Positions 49,480 through 62,749 of a stretch of 64,000 bases of DNA are shown here, in pieces. A program made the position numbers and the translations under genes. Where the stretch lies: positions 13,510,656 through 13,574,655 of the forward strand of contig NC_134030.1 of the NCBI RefSeq assembly GCF_964204645.1. Direction: 5' to 3'. This stretch comes from Tubulanus polymorphus. Lineage: Eukaryota > Animalia > Nemertea. The number at the start of each line of letters is the position of its first letter. The stretch's first letter is position 1. The notes under the pieces were generated by a model, which did not search any database, was not told the DNA's origin, and saw only the letters and a list, made by a program, of their open reading frames with translations.

Positions 49480-52400
49480 TTTTTATCATGTTTACTAACC
49501 CAAAAATAATTGCGCTTACAACTGTAATTAAAAATAAAATAATATGTTAAGCAGCAAAGTTAATAATGTTTCCTGCAGATTTCAATATAAAACCAACAAT
49601 TGATGCAATAACTCCTGGCAATGCTGCAGCAGATTTTTTAGATAGTTCCCATAAATATTTTGCTAATTTCTTTAAACCATCCTTAACTTTATCTTGTATA
49701 GAATTATTATCGGGGGGTTTATCTGGTTTATTGGGAGTAGGAGTAGATTTCAGTGAATTTGATATAGCTAAACCAATTGTTGTAAATAACATAGTTACAG
49801 CTATTAGAATTGAAAGAATTGTTATTCCTTCAAACTTAAATAATAATTTTATTCTATCTTTTAGTGATATGTCAGAATTTGGTTTTAGTATTAACTCTTT
49901 AACAACAACTTTTAATCTATTAATATAATAATCATATGATTTTAATAATAATTTCGTTTTTTCTTTCTGAAATTCTATGTTATATTCTAAATCATCAATT
50001 TCTTTTTCTAAATATGCATTTCCTTTTTTAAATTCAATTTCTTCAATAAATTTAAATTCTCTATCTAATTTTAATTTTTCTAATTCTTTTCTGGTGTCAA
50101 ATAATTTATTTTCTAAAGGTTTAATTTTATTATATCTAATATTTTTTTCGCGCGCAATTTTATCGGCTTCATTTCGTATACTTATTATTTCTCTAATTTT
50201 TTTTTTAGAAAACATACTTAATGCTTCTATTTCTTGATCTGTTGCATCAAGTAATCCATTCGGTAAAAGTTTTTCAGTTTGAACTTCGTTTGATTTAATT
50301 TTACTAGTTTTGGAAGTTTTATTCTGTTCAGAAGTTGTTTCTGTTTCTGAATTTTTATTGATTATTTTTAATAAGTCATCAATTCCTTGACTAAATTCTG
50401 TTATATTATCATCTCTTTCTTTTTGTGTAACATCAGTTATTTCATTACTATTACTTATTCTCTTAATTCTAAATGTTTCTAAATTTTTCAAAGTTGATTC
50501 CGCTAATATTTTATTTAGTCTTGTTCTTTGATTAGTGATGTCAATATAATAATCACCATCCAAATGATAATAATATTTACCTTTTAAAAGTTTTAAATTT
50601 TCTTCTAAACGTTCAGTATCTCTATCATTTATATTATACCCAGATCTTTCAAATACAGGTTTGAATTTATAAATATATTCATTATATTCTAAATTTTTCT
50701 TTAATAAACCTGGATTTTCATTTTCAGTATCTATTCTCGATTTAGCTCCTCTAATATATTCATTTGTTGATGGGGCTTTAGAACCACTATCTACTAAATT
50801 AGAATTATATGCTGATTCATCATCATTATCAATATTAGTTTCATTTAAATTGGGTTGCGGTTCATCATCAATATATCCTTCATTATTATTTCCCATGTTT
50901 TCCATTTCATAATCTTCTCCACCTTCTGCCATTTACATAATAAAAAATTAAAATTTAAAATATAATATTCCTCCGATTACAATTCCTATACAAGTTATAG
51001 CTAATTTAGTATTTTCATGGGATTTATTATCATCATTTAGTTTAATTGTATCATGTTGAATAATATCAGTTTTTATATTTTCTGTAGTATTATAATCTGG
51101 TTTAGAATCATTATTTAATTTAATATTCTTAGTTTTAGTTTCTGTTGATTGAATATGTATTTTATTTTTTTCACCTTCCATTAATTTTGGAGCAGTAATA
51201 ATCATTTTATCTATATCATTTAATCCAAATGAATTATTTATTGTTGCAGTTTTAATTAGATTATTATAACCAATTATATTTCCCATCTTTAATACTAAAT
51301 CATTAGAAATAATTAATAGATTAGGGCCTATACAATAATTTAATCTAATATGTGATTTATCTAAACAATTTTGATATCTTGCAATGTTTTCTGGAATCGA
51401 TCTATTTTTATCATTATGAATTGAATCTTCAAATAATACTTTGAATTGTTTCTGTGTATCAAATGTGATGTATTTAAATTTCCAATTATTGGGGATCTTG
51501 TTTCAACCTGTGATCCTAGAATACATATCAAATAAGTTCTAATAGATTGATTTATTCTTTGTATACCTGATTTTGTAAAACCATCATTATTTTCTAAAAT
51601 GAAATAAACCCAACCAATATTGTTTTCTTGTTTTAAATGATCATAAAATTTCGGTAATTTATTGAATTTTAATGTTTAGATGGTATTGGAAGTGTACAAT
51701 ATTGTAAAATATTTTCAGGACAAGGAAGTGATCTTATTGTTCCAATTTTTGTTCTAAAATCAGAATTATTTATATCCATATTTAATTCATTGCAAATTTT
51801 ATAAAACTTTGATAAATTGATATTATTATCTAATTCTTTAAAATATCTAGATCCTGGTAAAGCACACTCTAATTCATTTAATATTATTCTGATTTGAAAG
51901 TATGTATGAAATCTAAATAAACTTTGAATTAATTTATATTTAGAATTATTCAAATGATCATTCCAACTAATTCCACATCCTGTTGTTGCACAATAAACAG
52001 CAAAATTTAATTGGTCCTGCCAATACTTCATATTATATTTTAATAACCATTGTTTTTCATCTTTCAATTTTTAAAAATTAATTAAATATACATAAAATAT
52101 ATTTTCCATCTTTGCATTAAAATTATTAGTTTCAGTAACATAAATTTCTAAATTAGTTAATGAATCTAAAACTTCATTTCTATACGTAATATCTTTATTA
52201 AAATCTATTGCTGGAATATTATATTTAATTGATTTATTATATTGGAAAGCTTTTGGAAAACTATCTACCATTTATATAATTAAAAAATTAATAATTTATT
52301 AATTCTTTTAATAATTTATCTTGTTCTTCAACTGTTATATGACCATTTAAACTTATAATATAATCTAGTGTATTCTTTAATTCATGAATTTCTTTTATAT

Positions 52401-53759
52401 TAGTTTTAATTTTTTCTTTATTACTTTTTATATTTAATTTTGAACTTATACCAGTTAAAACACTTGAACTTAATCCTAGTACGCCAATTGATATAGCTAA
52501 AGGTGTCAATGGACTGAATATTGCTAGAAATTTTATTACAGAACTAATTGTAACTGAACCACTTATAATCAAATAATAATTAATTTTAGATTTTAAATAT
52601 TTTTTCTTTTTAACTTTTAAATCATTTTCAAATTCTAATATTTGTTTTTCTAAATATATTTTATTAATATAATTTAGTTTTATTTATATCATGAGGAATA
52701 ATATCAATATTATCAACTTTATCTTCCATTTATTTAGAAAAAAAATTACTAATTAGTAAATCTATATGCTACAAATATAACAATAACTGTTTAGCCTACA
52801 ATCCAAATTATTTCATATTTCTGTTGTTCTTTACTTGGGGTATAATAATCTGATAATTTAGGTTTGTATAGATGTAATTTTTCTTTATTGGTTACCGCGT
52901 TATATAAACTCATTGCATCATCAACTGATTGAAAATCTCTATATGAAATCTTCTGATCATATAATTCTTTGTTAATATAATCCATATAGTTTTGTCGTTT
53001 TTCTCTGTATTCTTCTGCTGCTTTATTATATTTCTCTAATGCTAAGTTATGTCTTCTTTGTTCTCCTAATGAACTATTTTTATCAAAATGCTTAAATAAA
53101 TAACCACCACCAGTAAATGCTAGAGCGTTAACAATTGCCGATCCTATAATAATTATAATTGCAGAAGCCATTTATTTAGTAAAATAATTACGCATTTATA
53201 AGGGAGGAATATATTTTTGTTTTTCTAAATAATCAATATTTAAATTAGATAAAGTAACTGCTAATGTTAATTTTAAGATATCATTTATATCAAATCTATC
53301 AACATTAACAGTTCCCATTTTGAATACTTTTTTTAATACCATTGAATAACCAACAGTTCCAACTGATAGTAATGCGCCATTATATAATCCAGTTAATATC
53401 CACTTATTATCACTCATTTATTTATAAAAAAAATTACTATCTTCAAAATATTTAGTTAACTTATTTATGATTAATTCAACATTTATTTAATTACTACTTT
53501 TATGATTATCATATATTTTGGTTAATATGTTTTTAATATCATCAATAATTCCATCTTCATTTAATTCATAATATTCTAAAGGTGATTTAATTAAATCAAT
53601 TACTTTTTCTATATTATAATTTTCTTTATTAATCATTGATGCATTGTTAAATGATTTACTTTTTATATCAGTAATTACATCATTTAGTTTAATTCTCATT
53701 TCTTTACCATGTTTAAAATCAAATCCAAAACATATACTCGGCCCAACAGTTATATTCAT
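49480..53759 (-). pseudogene. Membrane/structural gene block of copy C (six genes, mostly with lesions)
   Basis: Gene-by-gene homology to 2164-6417. Confidence 0.8.
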
Positions 53760-53775
53760 TTATATAATAAAAAAA

Positions 53776-54508
53776 TTACTCTCTACATCTTATAACTAAT
53801 TCATAAATTACAGGGAAATTATTTAAATCAATTAAGTATCCATTATGATTTCTTATTTCTAATTTAAAATTATTAAAACGAGGAATGCATGGTTTGAAAT
53901 CACACTCGGCTAAATTATAATTTATTTGTGTTCCAAATTCTTTAACATTCTTCAATGGTAAAATGTTTAGTAAACCAGAATTACAAGTTATATCTTTAGT
54001 TGCTTCGAATGTTTTTGTAGGATCAATTAAATTGCAATAAATATAAAAATGTGTAAAAGTCATTAAATTTGAATTACCTTCTACGTTTCCTGTAACAATT
54101 TCTGGTTTAATTCCTAACAATTTAGCTATTGGTTTTTTTACCATAAAAGAATGTTCATTTTCATCATCTAACTTTATTTTCATTCTATTAGTGCTATCAC
54201 TTTTCATAAATCTAATTAAAAATTTATCTTCACTTCTAATTTTCAACCGTGCTCTTCTATTAATTTCTTGCTCCAATGTTTCAATACTATATAATCCTGT
54301 TCTTAGATATAAAGTAATCCATTGTTTTTTTTTTAAATTAAAATCAAAAAAGCATTATCTTCAGCAGTTTTATTTGAAATATTATAAAAAGAATTACATA
54401 AACTTATATTTACTAATTTTAAATCTACACAATTCTTAAATTATGTGATTAATAATTTTTAAGTCTTCTAGAATCAACAAATATTCTGTATTCTTTTAAT
54501 TCTACCAT
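53776..54508 (-). pseudogene. Minor capsid protein (5' lesions)
   Basis: Homolog of 1392-2147, TAAATG start at 54508. Confidence 0.78.
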
Positions 54509-54525
54509 TTATTTTACATATTTTA

Positions 54526-54876
54526 TTCGAAATCTATTTCATGGTGTCCTTTTTCATTCTAACCTTTGTATATGAAATAGAAATCTCCAGAACATAATTC
54601 TTCTAAATCTTCACTTGATAATCTATGAAATCTATCCGGTAAATATGTTCTGAATTTATGTGCATTTCCTTTTAATCCTTCATATTCTAAGTGGATAACT
54701 AATTTATCTCCATATTTGTTAGTAACTGTATCAATATTTGTAATTAGATATTTCTTATGGATTATTAATTCTTTTAACTTCTTAAATTTATAATCTACTG
54801 ATTTGACATTTGAAGGAACTTTTATTCTATCTAGAAATAATTTGTTGTTCTCACTGTGTGTTTGTTTACTCTCCAT
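54526..54876 (-). pseudogene. Possible OB-fold ssDNA-binding protein (late stop)
   Basis: TNKYGDK, YLPDRF, FIYKG; immediately downstream of PolB. Confidence 0.5.
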
Positions 54877-54905
54877 TTATAATACATATTTTTATTAAAA
54901 TTTGA

Positions 54906-57900
54906 TTAACACGTTAGAATTCTTTTCATTATCTCGTTCTCTTTTGTTTCTTCTCTTTTAAATTTTAAGTATTCATCTAAATTGCAGCCATAAGCAACTG
55001 TATGAATTCCATCATCCAGAATATATCTTTTATCATCAAATGGGTTTAGACTAATGTTTTCAATTTCTTCAATAAACATTTCATGATCTTCAGATCTTAA
55101 ACATCTCATCTTATGTTTTCTAACTTCTTCATTGAATATACAATTGATGTAATCTTTGAAATGAATATTCTTTTCTACTACACTTTTGGTTATTCCTTTT
55201 ACTTTTTTAGCTTCATGTTCTTTAGTTTTATATGAATACATTTTAGATCTAATACCAATGAACTCTATCATTTCTTCACCACCTAATTCATCTTTGAATT
55301 TACCAGGAACTTTTTTATTATCATTGCTAAACAATTCATGATTTTTAGGATAGTTACTAAAATCAAAATGATGTTTTAATGTTTTTAAATCATCTGTTAT
55401 GTTATTAGTTTTTATCTTTAATATGTAACTGTCAGTATTTTTTATGATTAATGGAAATCCACAATTAAATGTACCATCTTCAGTTGTTAAATCATAAACA
55501 TATTCTGTAGGATTGGATATTTCAAATAAATCTAGCTTCTTCAGTTAGTTCATTTTCTACATGTGTTAATTGAAATACATTTGGTTTATCCTTTCTAATA
55601 TTAACTAACATATTAAATCCTAATGAATTGCATAATATATTTAATCCTGATATAGCAACTTTTCCTTTTTGTGTCAAAGATATAGTTTTCTGTTTTGTAT
55701 AGTTTTTTGAACCATCTGCAGCATAAAATCCAATGAAGAACCATTTTCTTAAATCATATTTTGCATTTAATACATAATCTGGAACTATCTTTTCTTTTGT
55801 TGAAGTATTACTTTTGACTATTGCATGAATATAGAATTCATCATTATATTTAATTGCAAAATCTTTAGGGTTATTTACAAGTATTCTATAAATTGCTGAT
55901 GATTTCATAAAATCTATGATTTTAAATGTTTTATTTGAGTAAACTTGTTCACAGTATTTTTTAATTCTATCTAATAATTTCAAATCTTGATTGCATAAAT
56001 ACCAACAATATTTAGTTCCACTAACATATTTATACACACCTGCTGATCCATCTCCCATAAAAAATCCTTTGATAAATTATTCTTTTTCTTCCAATGTTTC
56101 GGGTTCTATATTATAGATATTATCAATTATTTCATCAAATGACATATGATTCATTCTTGGGTAAAATCATTTATGTAATAATTCATCTCCAATTTTTGTA
56201 TCAGTTGGTTTTATTTCATCACCATTTTGTTTAATTAAACTATGATCTTCAGTAACATCAACAAATCCTAATTTAGTTCTAACTCTATAGATTTTCTTAT
56301 TCGTTTTATGTCTAATTATATTCTTTAATTTCACCCATCCATTGTTTGTCCAAACATCCATTAATCCATTTATTTGTATTAATTCTTTTTCACCATACGA
56401 AATATAAAGTTCATTTTGTTTTGGAATTATTTCTGAAATTCTTCTTATTAACATTTGATTATTATATTTTAAAAATATTGGGGTGTCAGCTGTAACAGAA
56501 TCAAAATATAATATTTCTATATGTTTTTCTCCAAAATGAGGTTGTAATACATTATAATAGAATTCATACATTAATAACTTTGGTATTTCTAAAACTGAAG
56601 CACCAACATAGATTGGTTTATTAAATTTCATTGATGTTCTTCTCATTTTAACTGCGGCTAAATTTTCATCAAATATTCTGTTACCTAAAAACTTAGGATA
56701 TGTTTGTAAATGCCTTATCCTTTTACCATTACTAACTAACTCAATATCATTTCTATTTCTAATATTTTCACAAGTCTTACCATAGAATGCATTATTCATT
56801 AACTTGAAGAAATCTTTCTCAAAATCAGTTTTAGTTTCAGTTCTCTGTTTGGTGTTAAAATCTATATATTTTTCTAACCACTTAGATTGACTAAATGAAA
56901 TATAACTATGTACTTTTTTTTAGGATCATTCCTTGTTTTAGATAAAACTTTAACATTCTATAATGTACTACATAATTAAATTTATCTTCCTGAGTAACCA
57001 TTAACTTTTCTGTATGAATATGATTTTCGGGTTTAATTCTTTTTTGATAATTTGATAATTCTTCATGAGTTACAGTTTTATGTTCTGGACAGTATGCTAG
57101 ATTTCTAGATTTAAATTTAATATGTTCAGGATATTCCAAGTCTACAACAAAAAAGTAACCAGTATCTGAATCATCTGCAATATCTAGGATTCTTTTCTTC
57201 CAATCAAATTTATCATTATTTTCATGTTGTTAAACTTCACTTATTTCAAATACTCCATAAGGTTGTGGTTCCATCATTGCCCAACCGTACAAATTATTTG
57301 CATCTATATATAATAACTTATATCCGGGGTTATCATTTACATTGAAATATCTATCGCCTAATACACCTGAAACTCCTCCTCTTATAGATTTTTCAAATAA
57401 TAATAATTGATCTATATTTGTTAACAAATCCATTTTTATATCTGTAAATTTTAAACCACAATCCCATGTTAATCCTGGACTTGAATAACAATGACAAGGA
57501 TCAATATTGAAATATTTTAGGTTTACATCTCTAAACCTTTCAAATATATCGGCTAATAATAATACATCTGATTTTAAATATAAATCTACTAATTGTCTAT
57601 GATTTTCTATTTTGAAATTATTCCAAATATTCAATGTTCTATTATAGACTTCATCTTTAACATATTCATTTTTTAATTCATCATAGAATTGTTCTTTTAA
57701 TAATTCAGATATATTGAAATCATTATGATTTTTATAGAAAGAATATGGAATCGCGCCTTTATATCTCATTAATTGAAAATCATCATTATTTGGGTAGTGT
57801 TGTTTTAATATTTTTAATTCATCATCAACTAATGATTTTGGAACTATTTAAAAATCTATATGAATCTATAAATCTTAAACACCCAAATTGGAATGATATA

Positions 57901-60002
57901 TAATTCTCAGATGTTTTAGCTAACATTTTAAATTCATAAGTTGGTATTTTATCTTTTGATCTATTTTAATTTAATCTTTCTATTTCATTATTGATTTCTT
58001 CTATTTTATAACATAGCTGTTTGATAAATAAATGTGCATCATATCCTGATAGATTATGAAATATAACTGGTACAAAGTTAATTTTCTTAGCTTGTAAGTT
58101 ACAATTCTCATGTGCAGCACCTCTAAACTTTCCATTCAAATGATCATGGTCTCTTACTTTTTTATCTCTAAAATTAAATATCTTTTCACAATAATAACAT
58201 TTATCTGCAAACTCAAATGCTTCTTTATCTTCTTCTGTCATTATAATTTCTATATTTCTATTTAACTTTTCATTAAATTTTATTTCATATTCAATTAATA
58301 AGTCACAAAAATGATTGATAACATTTTCATTTCTATAATCATATTATTCACTTTTAATTAGTTCTGGATAATCAGATTTTATGTATAATCCAATAGCAGC
58401 AGCTGATTGATGAATCTTTTTAATTGTATTTGTTTTTGGGGGATCTGAATAATCAATTATATTATTTTCATTAGAATTTAATTTCTTTCTTTTATAATAT
58501 ATTTCTTTTCTATCTTGATCAGTTAATTCTATATTTAATGATTCAAAATCTCCATATATGACAAATGGAACTTTATTTTTGTAATCACATTTTTTGAATT
58601 CTAATATTTTATCCTTTTCATTTGGTAAAACTAATTTACAATAATCATGATTTTCACAAAATTGTTTATGATTTAATAATGCACTTTCAGTTCTGAATTT
58701 ATGTAAACATTTTCTACATAGATATATTTTATTATCAAAATCATTTTCTGATTTAAAAGATAAATCAATTCTTTTAATCCACATATAATGATTCTCATAA
58801 TATAATATATCTATAACACCATTTGAATCATAATCTTTTGATAGATATAAAGGTTCTAATGTATAATGTTTTATATTGTTACCTTTTGTATTTGGCAATT
58901 TGATTAAATCAAATACATTTATCTTTATATTATTATCTCTTTCTATTTTTGGGATGTTTTTAATTATAACAGGATACTTATCTATCTTATAATTATTTTC
59001 AAATGGTTTATAATGAGTTAATCTAAAACTATGTGTAATATCTTCTGTTGGATGTAAGCAACTTATAATAGCCCATAGAAAACATTTATCATCAAAATTT
59101 TGTACATTTATTACAGCATTAGTTTTAAATGGTAGTTTAATATAACTCGATGCTTCAATATCTGGTTCTTTATAATATGATACATTATTTTCATTTATTG
59201 GTTTTGATTAAGTTAACTTATCATATTTTGTGTTATAAACATGTAAAGTCATAAATATTATTTCATCAAATATTAAACCAGATCCTTCAAAATATTTCTC
59301 TTCTATTTTAGTTTTTACTTCATTATAACATTTATCTAATTTATCATCTATATGTTGTTTTGAAATAATATGTTGTGAATGAGAATTTATATTATATATT
59401 GGGTTATCTTCAGATTTTATGAATTTAACTTTAACTGATATGCTAATTTTAGGATATTCAACATCAGTTATTATTTTCATTATTTCTTTCATATTTTCTA
59501 AATGTTTTTTATTTTCTTCTAATGTTTTTCCTTTATGAAATTTAAACTCGATAGCTGCTGGACCAATATCACTTTTAAATGCTTCGGTTATCTCTATATC
59601 TTTTTTATTATCTAATGAATTAATCTAATTTCTTACATCTTCCATGTATGGTCTTTTACTGTTTAATTTATTTTTAATGCTTTTAATTGTCTTATGTTTC
59701 TTATCATTATCTTCATCAAAATAATCTTCACCTAGAATATCATTATTCTTATTTCTAATATGACTTTTAGATTGTAAATGTTCATTATAATATCTTTTAT
59801 CACTGAATGATTGATTACATGTATCACATTTATATGTTTTTTTTTCATTCTTTAATTCATCTAATTTAGTTTCTAATATTTCATCTTCATATTCTAATTT
59901 CAATTTATTCTCTAAATGTGTTTTAGTTTTATTGTGCCTTGCTTTTTGGGATTTATCTATATTGATTTTACATGTTGAACAGTAGTACTTATTTGCTTCC
60001 AT
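54906..60002 (-). pseudogene. polB: Protein-primed family B DNA polymerase (multiple stops/frameshifts), intein-containing
   Basis: N-terminal C2H2 fingers; DDKCFLWA..ENHYMWI (OTU-like); YGDFES; CYYC..RDHDHLNGKFRGAAHENCN; FHNLSGYD; YLKSDV; YIDANNLYGWAM; KLMNNAFYGKT; YFD|TDS; GKFKDE; SKMY; KKVKG. Confidence 0.95.
55437..56499 (-). mobile_element. Intein with LAGLIDADG homing endonuclease inserted in PolB motif C
   Basis: YFD|SVTADTP; block B VTEDHSL; KGFFMGDGS and IGFYAADGS; C-terminal YVYDLTTEDGTFNCGFPLIIKN|TDS. Two stops (56167, 56077) and one frameshift (~55530). Confidence 0.93.
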
Positions 60003-60024
60003 TTTAATATTTAAATTTTTTATT

Positions 60025-60637
60025 AAAATTGAACATAACACTTACCTTTCAACGCGTCCCGCCACATGTGAGTCCAACCACGTGTGAGTCCCGCCTATTT
60101 ATACTACTCAACAGTGGGGAAAACCCAGCTGCGTGTTGAGACTTGTAAATTATGAGGCTTGTGATTGGCTAGTGTAATAGGGAATACTCATTTGTGATTG
60201 GATAGAGTAATAAACAACTGTGATTGGATAGATTTATAGTAAAGTACTCAACTGTGATTGGCTGGGAATACTCAACTGTGATTGGATAGAGTAATAGGGA
60301 ATACTCAACTGTGATTGGCTAGAGTAATACTCAACTGTGATTGGCTAATGTAGTTTTCTAGATGGATGGTTCTAGAATCAACATGTAATACGCAATACTC
60401 AACGTGTTGAGGCTTGTAAATTATGAGACTTGTGATTAGATAGAGTAATAGGGGTTTAGTTGTTTCATATCAAAGGTTGAGAGGTTGAAAAATTTTCCAA
60501 ATGTTAAAATAATAATAATTTCTACTTGAATTAGGAGTGTACGCGACTAATTCAAGTAGAAATTATTGTTATTTTCACATTTGGAAAATTTCTCGACCTC
60601 TTGACCTTTGGTATGAAACAACTAAACCCCTATTACT
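60025..60637 (-). repeat. Right TIR of copy C (hairpin 60444-60637)
   Basis: Reverse complement of the left TIR. Confidence 0.95.
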
Positions 60638-61654
60638 GGGGGTTACTCGGGTCGTTTAGTTGTCTGTGGAGTCGAGTAGATTGGTTACCCGTCTGTAACA
60701 TTGATTACGGAGACTCGTCAGCTTGATGAGTTGTATGTATTATGATTGTGCACCACCTGCATTTTCCGAAATAATGTTCATATAATTATTTGAAGGGACG
60801 ATTTAAATCAATTATCAACGTACATCTGAATATGTAATAGTCCTTAGTAACTTTCTGTTGCAGAGGGCATAGAAAAGATTTTGAAATTATTTAATTAAAA
60901 TATAAATTTTATTTACGAAAAATAAACTATTATGGTCAGTACAAATTGAAAATTCATAGTGTATTTTAAAGAACAAGCTTACATAGCTTACAGAATACAT
61001 CACGTACATTTGAATTTTATAAGTGATGGGTAAAAATCAACATGTGGCAGAAAGAAATGTAGTTAATTATTTAACAATATCGAAATATGTGCTCTCTTTT
61101 TAAACTAATGGAGTGATACGCATTTAATCACATGGCCTGTATTAAAAGATAGAACATACAAGTTGGATATTTATAAGTCGAAACATGTGAACAGAAACTA
61201 AAATTTTGATGTCAGTGACCAGTATGGAATTACACAACGACAATTGGCTTTAAACTCAACAAACATTATTAAAGAATGTTTCAAACAAAATGCTTTAACG
61301 ACATGAATAAACTTGTTTTACAAAACAAGAAAGTACATTTTGAACTTTTGAATGGTCGAATCCCATTTATTCAAAGTAACCTGTGATGTGGCGATTCTCG
61401 GAGCCATCCTTCTGTGACGTCACTAACAAGTGGTCACGGCCGTACGCGTGCACTCATTTCTTTGAAAATCTAGCTTCTTCGCGGAGCGGGACCTGGTGAC
61501 GCTGCGCCCGTCCCCTTCGCGCTGAGATATATCTTATTCCCAGTCAGCAGAGACAGGTTCTAAAGATCATAGAGTGCATCGCTGGAGGTTTTCCGATCCA
61601 TATAATTGAATTTGAATTGGTGCGGTGGCGCTCTCAATGCGGAAGTTTTTGTCA

Positions 61655-62415
61655 CTAAATGACGTCATAAACTGTTATTTCGCCGGTGCTTGTTGTCTAA
61701 CAATTCAATTCAATTCTTTATTTACAGTAACCTAATAAGTAATTTTAAGTTTCAAATAGGATGGAAAGTACATCCAGACAATCTGTTGGTTCAGAGAGAC
61801 CGTTATTACAGTATCAATTTATACATTTCGTTTCGAAGCTGTCAGTTGCCGAATCTGAATGAAGATGAATTTTATTTGACGAAATCGGCGGAAAATATAT
61901 AATAATAATAAATATAGCTGCAAAGCAGCGATAACGGGTTTTCTGGATGCATGTGATCGAAAGGAAAAATTAATTACCGGGTTTTCGATGGAAAAAATAA
62001 AATGAGATGATTTGGATATTATCGGAGCAATCCTCTTTTTGGTTGAATGGTCTAACCCCAGTATAGTCCCCGTGATTTGGAAATTCTCGGAGCCCTCCTT
62101 TATTTACTTACTAAATGACGTCACAAACTGTTATTTCGCCGGTGCTTGTTGTCTAACAATTCAATTCAATTCTTTATTTACAGTAACCTAATAAGTAATT
62201 TTAGGTTTCAAAAAGGATGGAAAGTACATTCAGACAATCTGTTGGTTCAGAGAGACCGTTATTACAGTATCAATTTATACATTTCGTTTCGAAGCTGTCA
62301 GTTGCCGAATCTGAATGAAGATGAATTTTATTTGACGAAATCGGCGGAAAATATATAATAATAATAATCAACAGAATTTCAAGAGGGTTTTCGACGAAAG
62401 TCAGAAAACCCTAAT
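61655..62415 (-). mobile_element. Helentron-like family 3 (full copy ~61911-62415 plus partial tandem copy)
   Basis: Minus-strand 5' TTATTAGGGTTTTCTGACTTTCGTCGAAAACCC hairpin; 3' subterminal IR CAGAAAACCC plus GCTGC/GCAGC hairpin. Confidence 0.6.
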
Positions 62416-62749
62416 AATTCACATTTTTCTCCATCCAGAATCTATTATTTCATTATTCATCATGGAAAGCACGAAGATTTGAAATAGATGTTTGAAAACC
62501 ATCAAAAATAAAAATTGTCGTTTCGTCTTGGGAGTTTTATATAATTCCTTGTAGGGCACCTTGTCCATCATGCCACATGTATGCAATACACAGAAATGGC
62601 GGCCAATCATGGCGAAATTTGTGGAGAAATTAATTAATTTCTCAAAATAATGTTGATTAATCATTCGAAACATACATAGAATTGGATTATTTCGAAAGGC
62701 ACCTGTGTTAATGTCTATTTCAACCTGACTTGAGAGCATTCCGGGTGGC

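Larger units (their letters stand above)
40275..60637 (-). mobile_element. Full-length Polinton/Maverick-like endogenous virus, copy C
   Basis: TIRs ~40275-40912 and ~60025-60637, ends AGT...ACT, TSD GGGGGT at 40269-40274 and 60638-60643. Encodes pPolB, integrase, ATPase and both capsid proteins. Confidence 0.96.
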
